DNA from: Macrostomum hystrix | Lineage: Eukaryota; Animalia; Platyhelminthes | Assembly: GCA_950097015.1 (NCBI GenBank) | Contig: CATNEN010000034.1 | Coordinates: forward strand, 2,914,001-2,978,000 | Reading direction: 5' to 3' | DNA: 64,000 nt | Shown here: positions 11,619-23,840 of the stretch, one piece after another | How the letters are laid out: each line of letters starts with the position of its first letter | Position numbering within the stretch: position 1 is the stretch's first letter | Made by a program: the position numbers and the translations under genes | Notes under the pieces: generated by a model | What the model saw: only the letters and a program-made list of their open reading frames with translations | Told to the model about the DNA's origin: nothing | Database searches by the model: none

Positions 11619-14051
11619 CTACTTGTCGTTAGTAGTTTTGCCAAAGCTCTGCGGCTTAGTCATGCCGCGCATGCTGAAAAAGCACCTGGCCACGCTGGCA
11701 GCTGCCGATGCGCCCTCGCCGCTGCTGTTGGCGGCTGATTTCAATCGCCTACCGGGGAACAGGGCAATGCACATCGAGTACTGAGGCAGAGCTTCGTACA
11801 GACAGGCCAACGGACTGTCAAGACTGGACAAGTCGGCAGACTCGGCGGGCTCTGTCGCCAGCTCCCGATCTCGCAGGCGTAGCACAACTAAACGGCTGCA
11901 TTTGACTTCGGCCCGAGCAGCTTCGATGGCGGCTGCGTCGTTCGGCTGGTTGGCCAGCACGTAGGTGGGCGGTAGGTCGGTCAGGTATTCGTCTAGCAGG
12001 AGCCGCTGATCGCCCAGCCTGTCAAAGACACGAAACGAGACGCCGTGCATTCGCATCCAGTCGAACAAGCTGACTGTTGAATTGCCAGACAGCGCCTGCC
12101 GACTGTGACGCAGGCTAGAGTGAAAGTCGGCAGTGGCTTCCAAAGAGCGACAGCTTGAAGAAGCGTCAACGCGAGGTCGTTTAGCGGACGTCGGACCAGT
12201 CTGGTCGATGTCGTCGGTTTTAACAACGGCATCCACGCTAGTCGAAGGATTCCAATCGCCAGAGGCTGCATCGCCGAATTCCAGAGCATTGCTGAGCTTC
12301 AACTGGACCAGGTTGAGCGCTGCCAGGGCGTCCTCGGCCGAGCTGTGCCCGACGTTCTCGTCGGACTGAATCTCGCGTCCTAGGAATCGTTGAGCCAGCG
12401 ACTTTAAGCTGGCCTTGTGTCGGCGACTGCCGGATAGGTTGAAAATCACGGAGGTGTCGATGCAGTTCGGATGATAGAAGCGCAGTGCGTGCAGATCGCA
12501 GTTAAGCGAGTGACCAACAAGAATAGCGTCCGGGGGAAGCAGCTTGACCAGCTGCTCCTGAAGATGACGGGTTTAATTCTTGGCTTTTGATGTTATTCAA
12601 AAAACTATTACACAATGTCCAGGGTCGGCTTTTAAAGCAAACTCTCCCGCGTCTCATCTTTCCTGTCTTAACTCTCCGTACAATTTTATGGTTGCTGGCG
12701 TAAACTACTTAGATGAGGATGGCGAATGAGTAGTGTGAATGCATCTCTCAGACTAACCTGAACTTCAGCCAGTGTAACCGTAGCACCGTCTAGCATCTCT
12801 TTGGTGATGCCGGACTTTGATGTTAAATAATTGACCACAGGATTAGCCGGCTTAACCAGCTGGTCTAGCAGTACCCGGCCGGCTTCATCAACTAGGGTCA
12901 CTCTGGCCAGCTCGTGCAGTTGCTGCTGTTGCTGACTGCCGCTCGATTTCGAGACATCCGAGGTGATAACCATCTCGCAGTCCAGACCAAACATTGGCGA
13001 CGCGTCGCTGACTGGACTGTAGGCTGGCAGACTGGTTCGATAGTCCGGCAAGACGGGAGACGCTGGGCCGCAGCTGCGTAGGCCGGGCATTGGATAGTTC
13101 TCGTGTAACAGCTGGACTGAGGACAGCAGCAGCTGGGTGCGGGGAAACTTGTCCCTGCAGCATCATGAGGGGAGGTAGATAATGAAGCTAGGTAGATTAT
13201 GAGGGTAGGTAGATGAGGGTAGGTAGATAATGAGTGTAGGTAGATAATGAGTGTAGGTAGATAATGAGTGTAGGTAGATAATGAGGGTAGGTAGATAATG
13301 AGTGTAGGTAGATAACGAGTGTAGGTAGATAATGAGGGTAGGTAGATAATGAGTGTTTGTAGATAACGAGTGTAGGTAGATAATGAGTGTAGGTAGATAA
13401 TGAGTGTAGGTAGATAATGAGTGTAGGTAGATAATGAGTGTAGGTAGATAATGAGTGTTTGTAGATAACGAGTGTAGGTAGATAATGAGTGTAGGTAGAT
13501 AATGAGTGTAGGTAGATAATGAGTGTAGGTAGATAATGAGTGTTTGTAGATAACGAGTGTAGGTAGATAATAAGTGTATGTAGATAACGAGTGTAGGTAG
13601 ATAATGAGGATGCTGGGTGGAATGATGGTAGGTAAAGAGGATATAAAAGTTAGATTTAGACTTTCCCTCGAACAGATAAAAATAGATAAAGGTAGGTTTT
13701 AGGTAGATTCAATTTGGAAGCTCTAACCTCTGCGGAAAAGCGACATGCGCCTCGGGTGGATCCACCAGAGTTCCGATTGTCTCAGATTGCGGAGCTCTGT
13801 CGTCGTCGCCGTGGGAGTTACTATTAGTAGTAGCATTGGCGTGAGCTGTCCTAGATTTGTGGCCTCGTTTCTGAAGCCAATTGATGAGCGAAAACCGATC
13901 ACTGAGGGCCACGGACTGCAGGGGCAGGCAGAACAGGTCAGGCCCCAGATCGTCCGCGTAGGAGTAGGGCGACATCAGCCGCATGGCCTGAGTTGGCAAT
14001 GAGTGGAATCGGTGCTAAGTGACAGACAGAGACAGACAGAGAGAGGCAGGC

Positions 14052-14087
<36 letters not shown>

Positions 14088-14653
14088 TGACAGACACAGA
14101 CAGAAAGAGTCTGCCTGACATCTGACAATCTAAATCCTAAAACACGAAATGGGATTTAAAAAACCTGATAGAAGTTAGCGATAAACTGAGGCAGCTGTGC
14201 GGCAGCGGATGGCCCTGTCGAGTCGAAAATCACAAGCAGTATCCGGGGCACATTGTTGGGCTTGACAATGTGGCACCAGCGCGGCTGATGCAGGCACCGG
14301 TTGGTTAGCAGCAGGTAGCTCAGCAGGCACTGCACATCGGCTAGCACAAATTTCGGGCAATGTTTTGCATCGTACTCGTCGGCTTCAGCCAGAGTGTCCG
14401 GCTCCGAGTCTGAGCCACTGTCCGACTCGCAGCCAGGAAAGAGAGGCTGGCCAGATGCCAACTGCGGCTGCGTTGCCATCAGCAGGATGCGCTGATTGGG
14501 CTGCCTATGCCGCCTTGCCTTATCCATGCAGACTAGAAACTTCGCCCTCTCGGCTGGTCGGCGCGGCCTGGCCTGCTTCCAGCCGTCAGCGCTGCCGCTG
14601 TCGACAGAAGACGCCGCGGCAATTGCGTCATCGGAGCCGTCCGCTGCACTCAT
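11619..14653 (-). CDS. REXO5: RNA exonuclease, REXO5/REXO1 (RNH70-like) DEDDh family, about 703 aa
   Basis: Exons 14653-14165, 14014-13728, 13154-12758 and 12557-11619 join in phase. ExoI is FGLDCEMV, ExoII is ILVGHSLNCDLHAL and ExoIII is GHSSAEDALAAL. RTQLLLSSVQLLHENYP precedes the nuclease domain. The choice of REXO5 over REXO1 is inferred from the N-terminal domain. Confidence 0.88.
13175..13610. repeat. 17-bp minisatellite in REXO5 intron 2
   Basis: GTAGGTAGATAATGAGT units. Confidence 0.95.
14022..14105. repeat. (GACA)n microsatellite in REXO5 intron 1
   Basis: Direct reading. On the coding strand it forms the pyrimidine tract before the acceptor at 14015. Confidence 0.9.
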
Positions 14654-14690
14654 TTAGCTAGAATGAGCGAAATATAATTCTGCTATGAAT

Positions 14691-15487
14691 GAGGGCTTTG
14701 TAGCCTAGGGGTTTCTAGGCTAGGGTTTGTAGCCTAGGGGTTTGTAGCTAGGTGTTTGTAGCCTAGGGGTTTGTAGCCTAGGGGTTTGTAGCTAGGTGTT
14801 TGTAGCCTAGGGGTTTGTAGCCTAGGGGTTTGTAGCCTAGGGGTTTGCAGCCTAGGGGTTTGTAGGCTAGGGGCTTGAAGCATAGGGGTTTGTAGCCTAA
14901 GGGTTTGTAGCCTAGGGGTTTGTAGCCTAAGGGTTTGTAGCCTAGGGGTTTGTAGGCTAGGGGCTTGAAGCATAGGGGTTTGTAGCCTAGGGGTTTGTAG
15001 CCTAGGGGTTTGTATGCTAGGGGCTTGAAGCATAGGGGTTTGTAGCCTAAGGGTTTGTACCCTAGGGGTTTGTAGCATAGGGGTTTGTAGCCTAGGGGTT
15101 TGTAGCATAGGGGTTTGTAGCCTAGGGGTTTGTAGCCTAGGGGTTTGCAGCTTTGTAGGCTAGGGGCTTGAAGCATAGGGGTTTGTAGCCTAAGGGTTTG
15201 TAGCCCAGGGGTTTGTAGCCTAAGGGTTTGTAGCCTAGGGGTTTGTAGGCTAGGGGCTTGAAGCATAGGGGTTTGTAGCCTAGGGGTTTGTAGCCTAGGG
15301 GTTTGTAGGCTAGGGGCTTGAAGCATAGGGGTTTGTAGCCTAAGGGTTTGTAGCCTAGGGGTTTGTAGCATAGGGGTTTGTAGCCTAGGGGTTTGTAGCA
15401 TAGGGGTTTGTAGCCTAGGGGTTTGTAGCATAGGGGCTTGTAGCCTAAGGGTTTGTAGCCTAGGGGTTTGTTGCTAAGGGGTTTGTT
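14691..15487. repeat. 15-bp minisatellite, about 50 copies, derived from the SINE-B 5' end
   Basis: GGGTTTGTAGCCTAG units running directly into the SINE body at 15488. Confidence 0.95.
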
Positions 15488-15770
15488 GCGTCGGACTCCC
15501 GACTTGAAGGTCGGGGGTTCGATTCCTGATTCTACTGGAACAAATTGTGTCCTTTAGCAAGACACGAAACTCTTAATTAATTCCTTTAGTTCAACGAACT
15601 GTTAAAAGGTTACAAGCATTAGCTGGTGTAGTTAAGGGTGGGTGTGGCGTCCCCCAGTCCATGGACTGAACAGCCGTACGCAGCCTTCAGTTGCACCGCC
15701 TAATCGCTGCGGCTGTGCTGTCAGCTGCACATCTGACACAGTCGGTTCAGGTGAAATCAATTTTATTAAC
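15488..15770 (+). mobile_element. tRNA-derived CORE-like SINE, family B; its 5' end is amplified into the adjacent minisatellite
   Basis: GCGTCGGACTCCCGACTTGAAGGTCGGGGGTTCGATTCC (B-box), homologous to 35800-36100 and 58890-59189. Confidence 0.8.
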
Positions 15771-16571
15771 TTCTTTCATCTAAAAATAATTATCTAATTT
15801 AACCAAAATCCTAGTTTTCAGAATCCCCAAATTAAAAAAATGCTGATTTTCAGAATGCCTAAATGGCTAAAATCAGAATGCACTGCAATCCAGAATAGAT
15901 TTTTATTAGTAACAAAGAGTTATAAATCGTAAGTTGACTACGCTGCAAAATTGACAAAAAAAGATTAGGAACTAATCTGAATGCAAATTTTTTTTGAACT
16001 ATCTGAAGGCATTTGATATGCATAATTTATTTTGCATCGAGTTAAAGAAATAGAGAATTTTAATCAAAATAGCTCGTATATATCATTTATAAAAGTTTAA
16101 TTCAGAACAACTTTGACTTAATCTATTGCACATTTAAAAAATGACTTGATTGTAAAAATAACATTTACTCGTATATGAAAAAATAGCTGCATTAAATGTG
16201 AGTTCATAATATTTTTATGCACAATGAACAATATTTACTAGATGATATACTAGTAAACTCAGATGATTCTAATGCTATTCGAATAATGCAAAGTTTAAAA
16301 ATTCAATACAAGAAATCATGACCGACTATAAAAATCGCTAGTAAAATATAGTTAGCTACTCATGCCAGTAGACAATCAAATAAGTTAATTAACTACTTTT
16401 AGAATGTCTCACTGATTTAGTCTCACAATGTCACTTTGTTTCGGTGTCTGTACCATGTTGAATGTAATAAAATGGTAAAATGAAATTGTAAAATAAATTC
16501 AGAAAAAAAAATCTGACACCACAGACTTTACCCGAGTTCATGTTCAATCTGTAAAACGGCCACTTCAAGCT

Positions 16572-17880
16572 TCAGTCATCTATAGAAGATGAGCCAGACG
16601 ACTGGTACACTGTGTCAATAACAGTGTAGGTCAACAGGTCTAGCTCAGCTCGCGGTATCAGGTCAACTTCTGGCATCCTAACAACCGCCGAGTGCTGCTG
16701 CTGCTGCTGCTGGAATCTATGAGGCTGCGCTGCCTTTTGATAAACAGACCACGCCGATGATACAGACCAGTCTAACTCTTGATCTGCAATGGCGCCGCTG
16801 TTAGAGTGTGACAAACGACGCGGTTCTACGCCGAGAAATCGACAGACGAAAACGGCAGGAGCGGTGGCTGACAATTGGCCGCTTCGCTGTAGTCCAGCCA
16901 GCAGGCTGTTGGTGTAGGCCTCCAGATCGCGACGCAGACTGTCACCGTCTGGCAGGCCGAGAAATCGCTGCGGCTTGCTGGGCAGGTCGGGCAGGCGAAA
17001 TTGCCTGACGGAGGAGCGGCGAGACGACAAGATGGAACGAGAGTATGTGTGTAGAGAGACTAGGAAATAAATAAATATAAAGGACGGAATACAGTGAAAG
17101 GCTGACTAACTGGGGGTCGAAAAACTTACAGAATAGGGTGAAGACCTGACAGTGTGAAGTGAAACATGACAGAATGAAGTGAAAATTAAAATAAAAATAA
17201 TAACAATAATAATTGCAGGAGGGCTGCAAGCAATGGCACAGCAGCCAGCGAGGTCGCAATTCTACCAATTTCGCTGACTCCTGAGCACACACGCACACAG
17301 ATACAAGTGTGTACACCTGCCCTGACTTTCTCATCGTCAGGCAGTGAACACTTTACTATGCCTTGGAGGTTAGCCCTCAAGTAAATTGCATGACAAGCCC
17401 CCAAGCCTTCTCTCCGAGGCTGGGCCCCAAATGAATGTGGCCTCGCCGTGGAATCGAACATAAGGCCCATGGTGCGAGAGGCAAACGCGTTAACCGCTCT
17501 GCCACCGACTCCCTAATGGAGTGAAAAACTGAAGAAAGAAAGATAAAACTGGCAGAATTGAGTAAAAATTTCAGAGTGAAAGTGAATTAAATAACAGATA
17601 AAGTAAAAAAACTGAGCTGAGAATCACCTCGTGGCTATTGAAGCAATTAAGCTTATTATAAATCTTACTTAACAGATGCTGAGCACAACTGCCGATGCAA
17701 GCGTTCATAATCCGAATAGCGCTTCTCTACAGCGTGGCTGAAAGCAGTCCCTCGATACACACTGATCTGATAGGCAGTAAATGGCTTGCTGGCACTGGCT
17801 GAGTAGCCGGGCTGTGCGGGGCATCTGACAGTGCGCTGGCCAACCACCGCAATGTGTAGGCCGCACAATGGATCTAGCAT
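16572..17880 (-). CDS. PX-domain sorting nexin, SNX22/SNX24-like, about 214 aa
   Basis: Exons 17880-17669 and 17004-16572 join in phase (...SASVK|QFRLPDLPSK...). PX motifs: FTAYQISVY, VEKRYSDYERLHRQL, LPDLPSK, RRDLEAYTNSLL, CRFLGV. The start codon is not certain. Confidence 0.8.
17197..17513 (-). mobile_element. tRNA-derived SINE, family A (in the SNX intron)
   Basis: Head (rc) AGGGAGTCGGTGGCAGAGCGGTTAACGCG...GTTCGATTCC, with a (TTA)n-like tail. Confidence 0.8.
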
Positions 17881-18169
17881 CACTGTAGCTGCAAGACAAA
17901 TCAGTTGGCTAGACACATACTACTTATTTACTGATCCAACTAAAGAAAATAGTATGGACATGGAAATAACTATAGAACATATTTTTAACATATTTACATG
18001 GTCCCATATCACTTAACAGGGTAGAATAGCGCCAGGAATTGACAGGAAGACAATCATAGATATCTTTTTATTTATTTACTACTAGGTTCCTGTAAAAGTT
18101 TAAGTTAAAGTTTACCACTCACTATTTTGCTCCTATGTGCTAGTGTAGTGCCCTTCTAGTTAAGTAGTC

Positions 18170-19200
18170 CTTGTCTCAACATCATACTCTGAGTCAGCAG
18201 TAAGCAACAGCAAAAGCAGCAGCAGCCACCCAATCTGGCGCCTCGATGCTGGCTGCAGAAGTCCGCCACCACTTCAGACTAGCTGATGCACCGAATTGCC
18301 AGGACTGCAGTGCGTTTGAAATCTCCTGGCAATGCCAGCTTCAGCTGCCCTTGCAGGGATGCGCACCAAATGTACCTGGTCCACATAGACCTTGAGTGCC
18401 TCCTCACGAGCCAGGCCTAGCACCCTCGCTCCTCTGAAGCATGGGGTGTTGGCCCCAATCTATCTTGGCGCCATCACGCCACAATAGATGAGCGCTGAAC
18501 TAAGAAACACACAAATCAGCAAGTCAGCTGGTGACCAACCTCTGGATGACAGCCCAGCCAGCAAATTTCCTAGCAATCATGGACCATACTCATGGAAGAG
18601 CAGGTGTTGAAGCTGTAGGTCCAATGGATTAAGAAACACCTCATGCATACAGCCTTTTTGTCTGCTGGCAGACGAAACAACTATTTTGAGCAAGTATGAG
18701 AACTGTAAAAATATATTATTCTAAAACATTTCTTAGAATTATAACATTTCACAGGTGACAACACAGCCTTTAATGGAGCTGTGCAACTATGTTGACCAGA
18801 CATGGCTGTCGCACCCAGTCTGGTTTGTGTAGTCGCTATCAGCCTTTCAGCAGATGGACAGGATGAACATTGCCATTGAGGGATAGCACTTGGGCCTATG
18901 CAAGTGTGCGGGTGTCCACATGAATGTTTATGCCCTCATCAGTGTCCTGGCTGAACAGGCCTGTATTTTGGGCCCACAAATTAAACAGCTGGCACCTATT
19001 CCTGCTCCATTTACCAACAATGCCTAACACAGATGCTATGTGGTGCTATAGGGTGCTGGCAAGCTGACCAGCTATGTGCTCCTAAAGTGCTATGGCAACA
19101 GTGCTGTGGCACTGTTTTAGGCAAGTGTCCATCATGCCTGTTGTGATGAATTACTGTCAAAATGGACATTTTGTTGACATTTGCTTTGTGACATTTTGAA
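18170..19200 (-). mobile_element. Highly decayed RTE-like LINE 3' fragment
   Basis: Broken frames give CMRCFLIHW, ICWLG and SLKWWR, loosely resembling RTE ORF2 C-terminal motifs. Recognised by eye only. Confidence 0.35.
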
Positions 19201-20134
19201 GCTGTGGTGTTGTGTACATATTGCATATCCATGTTTTACATTTTCTATTGCTCCATATTTTACACTTTGTGCAATCATGACTTACAAAATAAATTATGCA
19301 TAGGCCCTACACATCATAACTTATGAAAAGTTTTGCAATGCTATAGGTCTATGAAATAAGTAAAAAAACAAAGTTGGAAGGAGACTAAATTATTAGAAAT
19401 GTTTGTTTCTAGCTGTATACTTATAGGCTACTTATAAGCACCAGAACTTTCAGAAAAATCTTAGCATTATAGCAAATTATATATTATAAGACATTTTAAT
19501 TTCATTTCAACATGAAGCCTGATGACATAATTAGTTATTCTGACTAATGACTACATTAGTAGATGAATATATTGGCAGACAAAAAGGCGGCAAATGAAAA
19601 AGGGGCAGATGAAATGACTATCAACCCAATTAAACCATTGCATAAATGGCTGACATGCACAAAAAGAAACAACTGGATGAATGGCTGCCATGCATGCAAG
19701 CCTTCTGTAAAAAATACAAATGATTATTATTGATTATAATTAGGCTAGTTAATAATGGCCCCTAAGTACCTATATTGTAGGGTAATGTATCATCAACCGA
19801 ACAGTGTATCTTCAAAACTGAACAAGAATTTTGACTCCTTCCTTGGTCTCGTGCAAGACAGAAGCAAGCTATTGTGTTTCACATAACAAGTAATTTGAAA
19901 GTTGAAGAAATTATCTACAAGCTGAGGCATGATGTGCAATGAAGCATTAAGAGGAAAGAAAGATATTGATGTTTCAGTAGAAATTTTTATTGCAAAAGCA
20001 TACTTTTTAACATCATTTTTTTAGTATGTACTTTAGATGAAGATTGTATGTGGTTGCTTGCCAATTAAATGACCATAAATGTAGTTATTTATAGAGCATG
20101 AAAAATGCTTTCAAATGACATAATTCATGATAGT

Positions 20135-20739
20135 CCATAGTCCGGATCATGTCGTTTACGCCGGAGATCTCCGGCGTAAATCTGGTTTGGGATCGGAGGC
20201 TGGCGTAAGTGCTTGGCGTAAGTATAGGCCAAAATGTGCCTTGGCGTAAGTGCTTGGCGTAAGTATAGGCCAAAATGTGCCTTGGCGTAAGTGCTTGGCG
20301 TAAGTACATGGCATAAATCAAGTGGCGTAAATGTTAGCACAAATGAGATCATTCACGATCAAATGTATCACTATAGAACATAACACATTTGCGTTAATTA
20401 TGATGTTTGCGTTAATTAGGAGCAGCATTAAAACAAAGTTCATTAAAATATTGCAGTTCGTATAAATGAGATAGCAGAATATCTATTGTAGGATAGCAAA
20501 AGTTTTTTTAGCTTTAAGATGCTTACTTTGATACTTGATTCCGAATTTGCAACTTGTGAGGTTTTTAAACAGTTGCAACTTCTGAATTTAATTAATCACC
20601 GATTAACATGATTTGTGAAGGACCTTTTTTTGGGTGGCGTAAGTCAGAGGGACCTTTTTTGGTTGGCGTAAGTCTGGCGTAAGTGCCAAAAATGTTGGAT
20701 TTTTCCTCCGGCGTAAGTCTAGCATGATCCGGACTATGG
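20135..20739. mobile_element. MITE (605 bp) with 17-bp perfect TIRs and an 8-bp TSD
   Basis: CCATAGTCCGGATCATG at 20135-20151 and its reverse complement at 20723-20739. The TSD ATGATAGT is at 20127-20134 and 20740-20747. There are subterminal GGCGTAAG repeats. Confidence 0.85.
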
Positions 20740-21404
20740 ATGATAGTTCACTCCTTAAAATAAGATTAAACCACTCACTTAAATTGTTAAACCAAACATC
20801 AAATTCTCTGTTTGGTTTGAAGATACATGAAAATCATTGGTTTTAGATAAAATCGGTTTTAGATAAAAAGTAGGAATAACTTTTTTCTATTTGACAAAAT
20901 AGCAAAAGCAGATACTTTTTAGAAAGATGTAACTGTTTTCTATAACTTGGCTTTTGATTTATCATCATAGGGCCTATCTTAAATAGAAAATCTGTAGCTT
21001 AGGTTTGAAGTTAAAAAAATACACATTCTTGTTTGGTTGATGATACATTACCCTAGTAGATAAAATACATAATTTATAAATGGAGAAAGAGTCCTATAAA
21101 ATTTATTCAGCTATATTCCTATAATACTATTTTTACATGGCCTAGTTCTACTAATAGTCCTAGTCCTAGCTAGACGCATTGTAAGACGATTGTTTGCATT
21201 GTGCAGCTTTAAGGGCTTAGCTAAGACTTAGCTAAATAAAGTAAGAAAAAAAGTTAATTTTCTACATTCTAGCCAAGTTTGTACATAAAAAATAAAATGC
21301 ACATCTAGAAAATTACAATTGATACCTTCTTGGTAGTTATGTTAACTTGAATATAATGACACTTACAGATAACAAGTAAAGTTGTAGATGGTATTATATG
21401 GCTC

Positions 21405-21600
21405 AAGCTGTTTCGGTGACATGCTAAAGTCGTCGTTTTGGATTTCGGCGACATACAATAGCTGTTTCGGTGACTTGCGGAGTCCTATATTTGTTCCAAC
21501 AAAAAAATTGCAAATAATAACATAAATTTAAAGAAAGGTGGAAAATATTTTCGTCACCGAAACGCCTCTCCCTGAAACGTCTCCTCACCGAAAAAACCTG
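21405..21600. mobile_element. MITE-like segment with GTTTCGGTGAC / GTCACCGAAAC inverted motifs
   Basis: Repeated GTTTCGGTGAC on the left and its reverse complement on the right. Confidence 0.4.
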
Positions 21601-22099
21601 TCCATTGAAAGATGACTGTTTTTCGGTACGAGTTCTCAGTTCCAGTTTCAAATAATGCATTAGTGTGACATTTATTAAAACAAAAAACAACTTTGTGCAT
21701 TTCTAAGCACAAAATGCTTTAAAATTTCTAAATTGCCAGAAGAAATCTACTTATAAATTATATTTCATTTAGATTCTCTGCCCAATCACTAAGTTATAGC
21801 CTTCTACTTTATTATGGAATGCTGGCCGAATTGGAGGCGGTAATCCAGCTGATTGTGCTGTACTATTGTACATACTATTTTGCGCTGGCGCGCAGTAGTG
21901 TGATTTAATCGTTGATGATGTATGCTTATATGTGCTGTACGCTGCCTGTGCCAGTCGGCTTTTTACTCTTACCGTGTTACGCGCGGGTTTTAGACCCTCC
22001 CCCCTCTACGGGGGTTTTTAAGTCCGATCGCTTGGTGAGCTTGCAACCTATCGCCTGCACGTAAAATTTTTTTATTTAAAAAAAAGCTTCAACTCGCAA

Positions 22100-22400
22100 A
22101 AATGCAAATATATATATTCGAAAGCATGCAAGGGCCTTCATCTTCGCCCACTCGTTCTCCGCCAACCGCTTCGCCTTTGTGTCATCTGGATTAATCGTAG
22201 CTTTTGATGTTTTACTTTCCAATCTATTTAACTGCTCCTGGAGGCGCTTCCTATTTTTTGCTGTGTTAACTAGGACTCTGCTGTGTTAATTTTGAGCCGC
22301 TTGCAGTAGCGGCCCAATGAACTGCCAGGATCCCGCCAGCTGTCTTTGCGGGTCGGAAGCAGATTTTTGCTTAAGCTAGGAGTTCAAGAGGGAAAGTCAG
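22100..22400 (-). mobile_element. Decayed Penelope-like GIY-YIG C-terminal fragment, inside the long-TIR element
   Basis: The rc frames give CFRPAKTAGGIL, IDWK and DEGPCMLSNIY, similar to the Penelope end motif NRDEG..LS.IY. Confidence 0.4.
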
Positions 22401-23514
22401 AATTCCTGAAATTGAGAATGAAAAAAATTACGCGTATGGGCACAATGGACTCGCCTATGGAGTTTTTTCTCATTGATGAATAAATACTCCATCTGAATTA
22501 CGCATCTGAATTGAGTAATAAATCAACTCCTCTTGACAAGCACACACGCACCTCCCTCCACTTCCTTTGCTCTGTCGAATCTTAACTTTTCCTTTTTCAA
22601 CGCACCTGTCATTTTATTTTTTATTTTTTATATTCATAAATCTTAATGTAACATTTTCCCTGTCATCCCTTTCTTTTTGTAAAGCGATAAACCAACTCGG
22701 CCCATGCGCCCACCCCACTCCGCTCCCAACCAATCACCGTCCGGCTGGCGAAGCACGTGATATGGCTGTCTGGAATCCAGGTCAAGGTCAGGCTGATCAC
22801 GCGATCACGGCGTGCATGCGTGACTTGCGCTTTATAGAAGCAAGCTGTGCGGCGCCCTCGTTCAAGCAGACCTACATGAATACATGGAAGCTGTGCTTTA
22901 ACCTGTCTTCGCATTCCTGCGTGGCCCTAATGATTATGAGTAAATAATTAATAGTTAAGAAGTACACTGATTGATTCCAAACGGACACTAGATCTTGACC
23001 TTGCGTAGGGCTGGCCGTCCTTGCTGCATCCTTTAGAATCCCCTGTGCAAAAATCCTCTCTCTTGCTGACCGATCTGCTCCCTGTAATTGGCCATAGAGC
23101 TTGGGGATTAGGCCTAAACCACTTCTCTGTAACAGAGCGGAAGCCCCACTTCGTTAGAGTCAGTGGGTTGTGCTGTCCCGAAGGTGGCTGGTGGCGGCCG
23201 TTGTCTAGCTGGTTCTACCTTTTACAACCTTGGCCCCTTCCCCTTGGTCCCTGAGATCTTGGCCACTCAGTAACACCGCAAGCTACCGAGTACGATCAAA
23301 GGTGGAATCCGTTTTTGGGAGATGAGGCCTGGCGCTCTACTTTCTATCCACCCTGTGGGAGACAGCACCGCCTTCGGGGTTCAAAAGCCGAGGGGCGACG
23401 TCATTATGGAGCCTGTAGCCCACTGATTTAGAGTTCGAATCTCGGCCCAAGGGAAAACAATCTCAGTCTACGAGCAGGACACTCAATAGGCTTCAATTTA
23501 GTTCACCCAGTCCC

Positions 23515-23840
23515 TATGATTAGTGTTATTAGCTATGGGACTAGTGTTGTTAGCTATGAAATTTGTGTTATTAGCTATGGGATTTGTGTTATTAGCTATG
23601 GGATTTGTGTTATTAGCTATGGGACTTGTGTTATTAGCTATGGGATTTGTGTTATTAGCTATGGGATTTGTGTTGTTAGCTATGGGATTTGTGTTATTAG
23701 CTATGGGACTAGTGTTGTTAGCTATGGGATTTGTGTTATTAGCTATGGGATTTGTGTTATTAGCTATGGGACTAGTGTTGTTAGCTATGGGATTTGTGTT
23801 ATTAGCTATGGGATTTGTGTTGTTAGCTATGGGATTTGTT
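23515..23840. repeat. 21-bp minisatellite
   Basis: GTTATTAGCTATGGGATTTGT units. Confidence 0.95.

Noticed and set aside
14691-15487. Interstitial telomere-like repeat (TAGGGG runs)
   Set aside because: The unit is 15 bp, not TTAGGG, and it matches the SINE 5' end.
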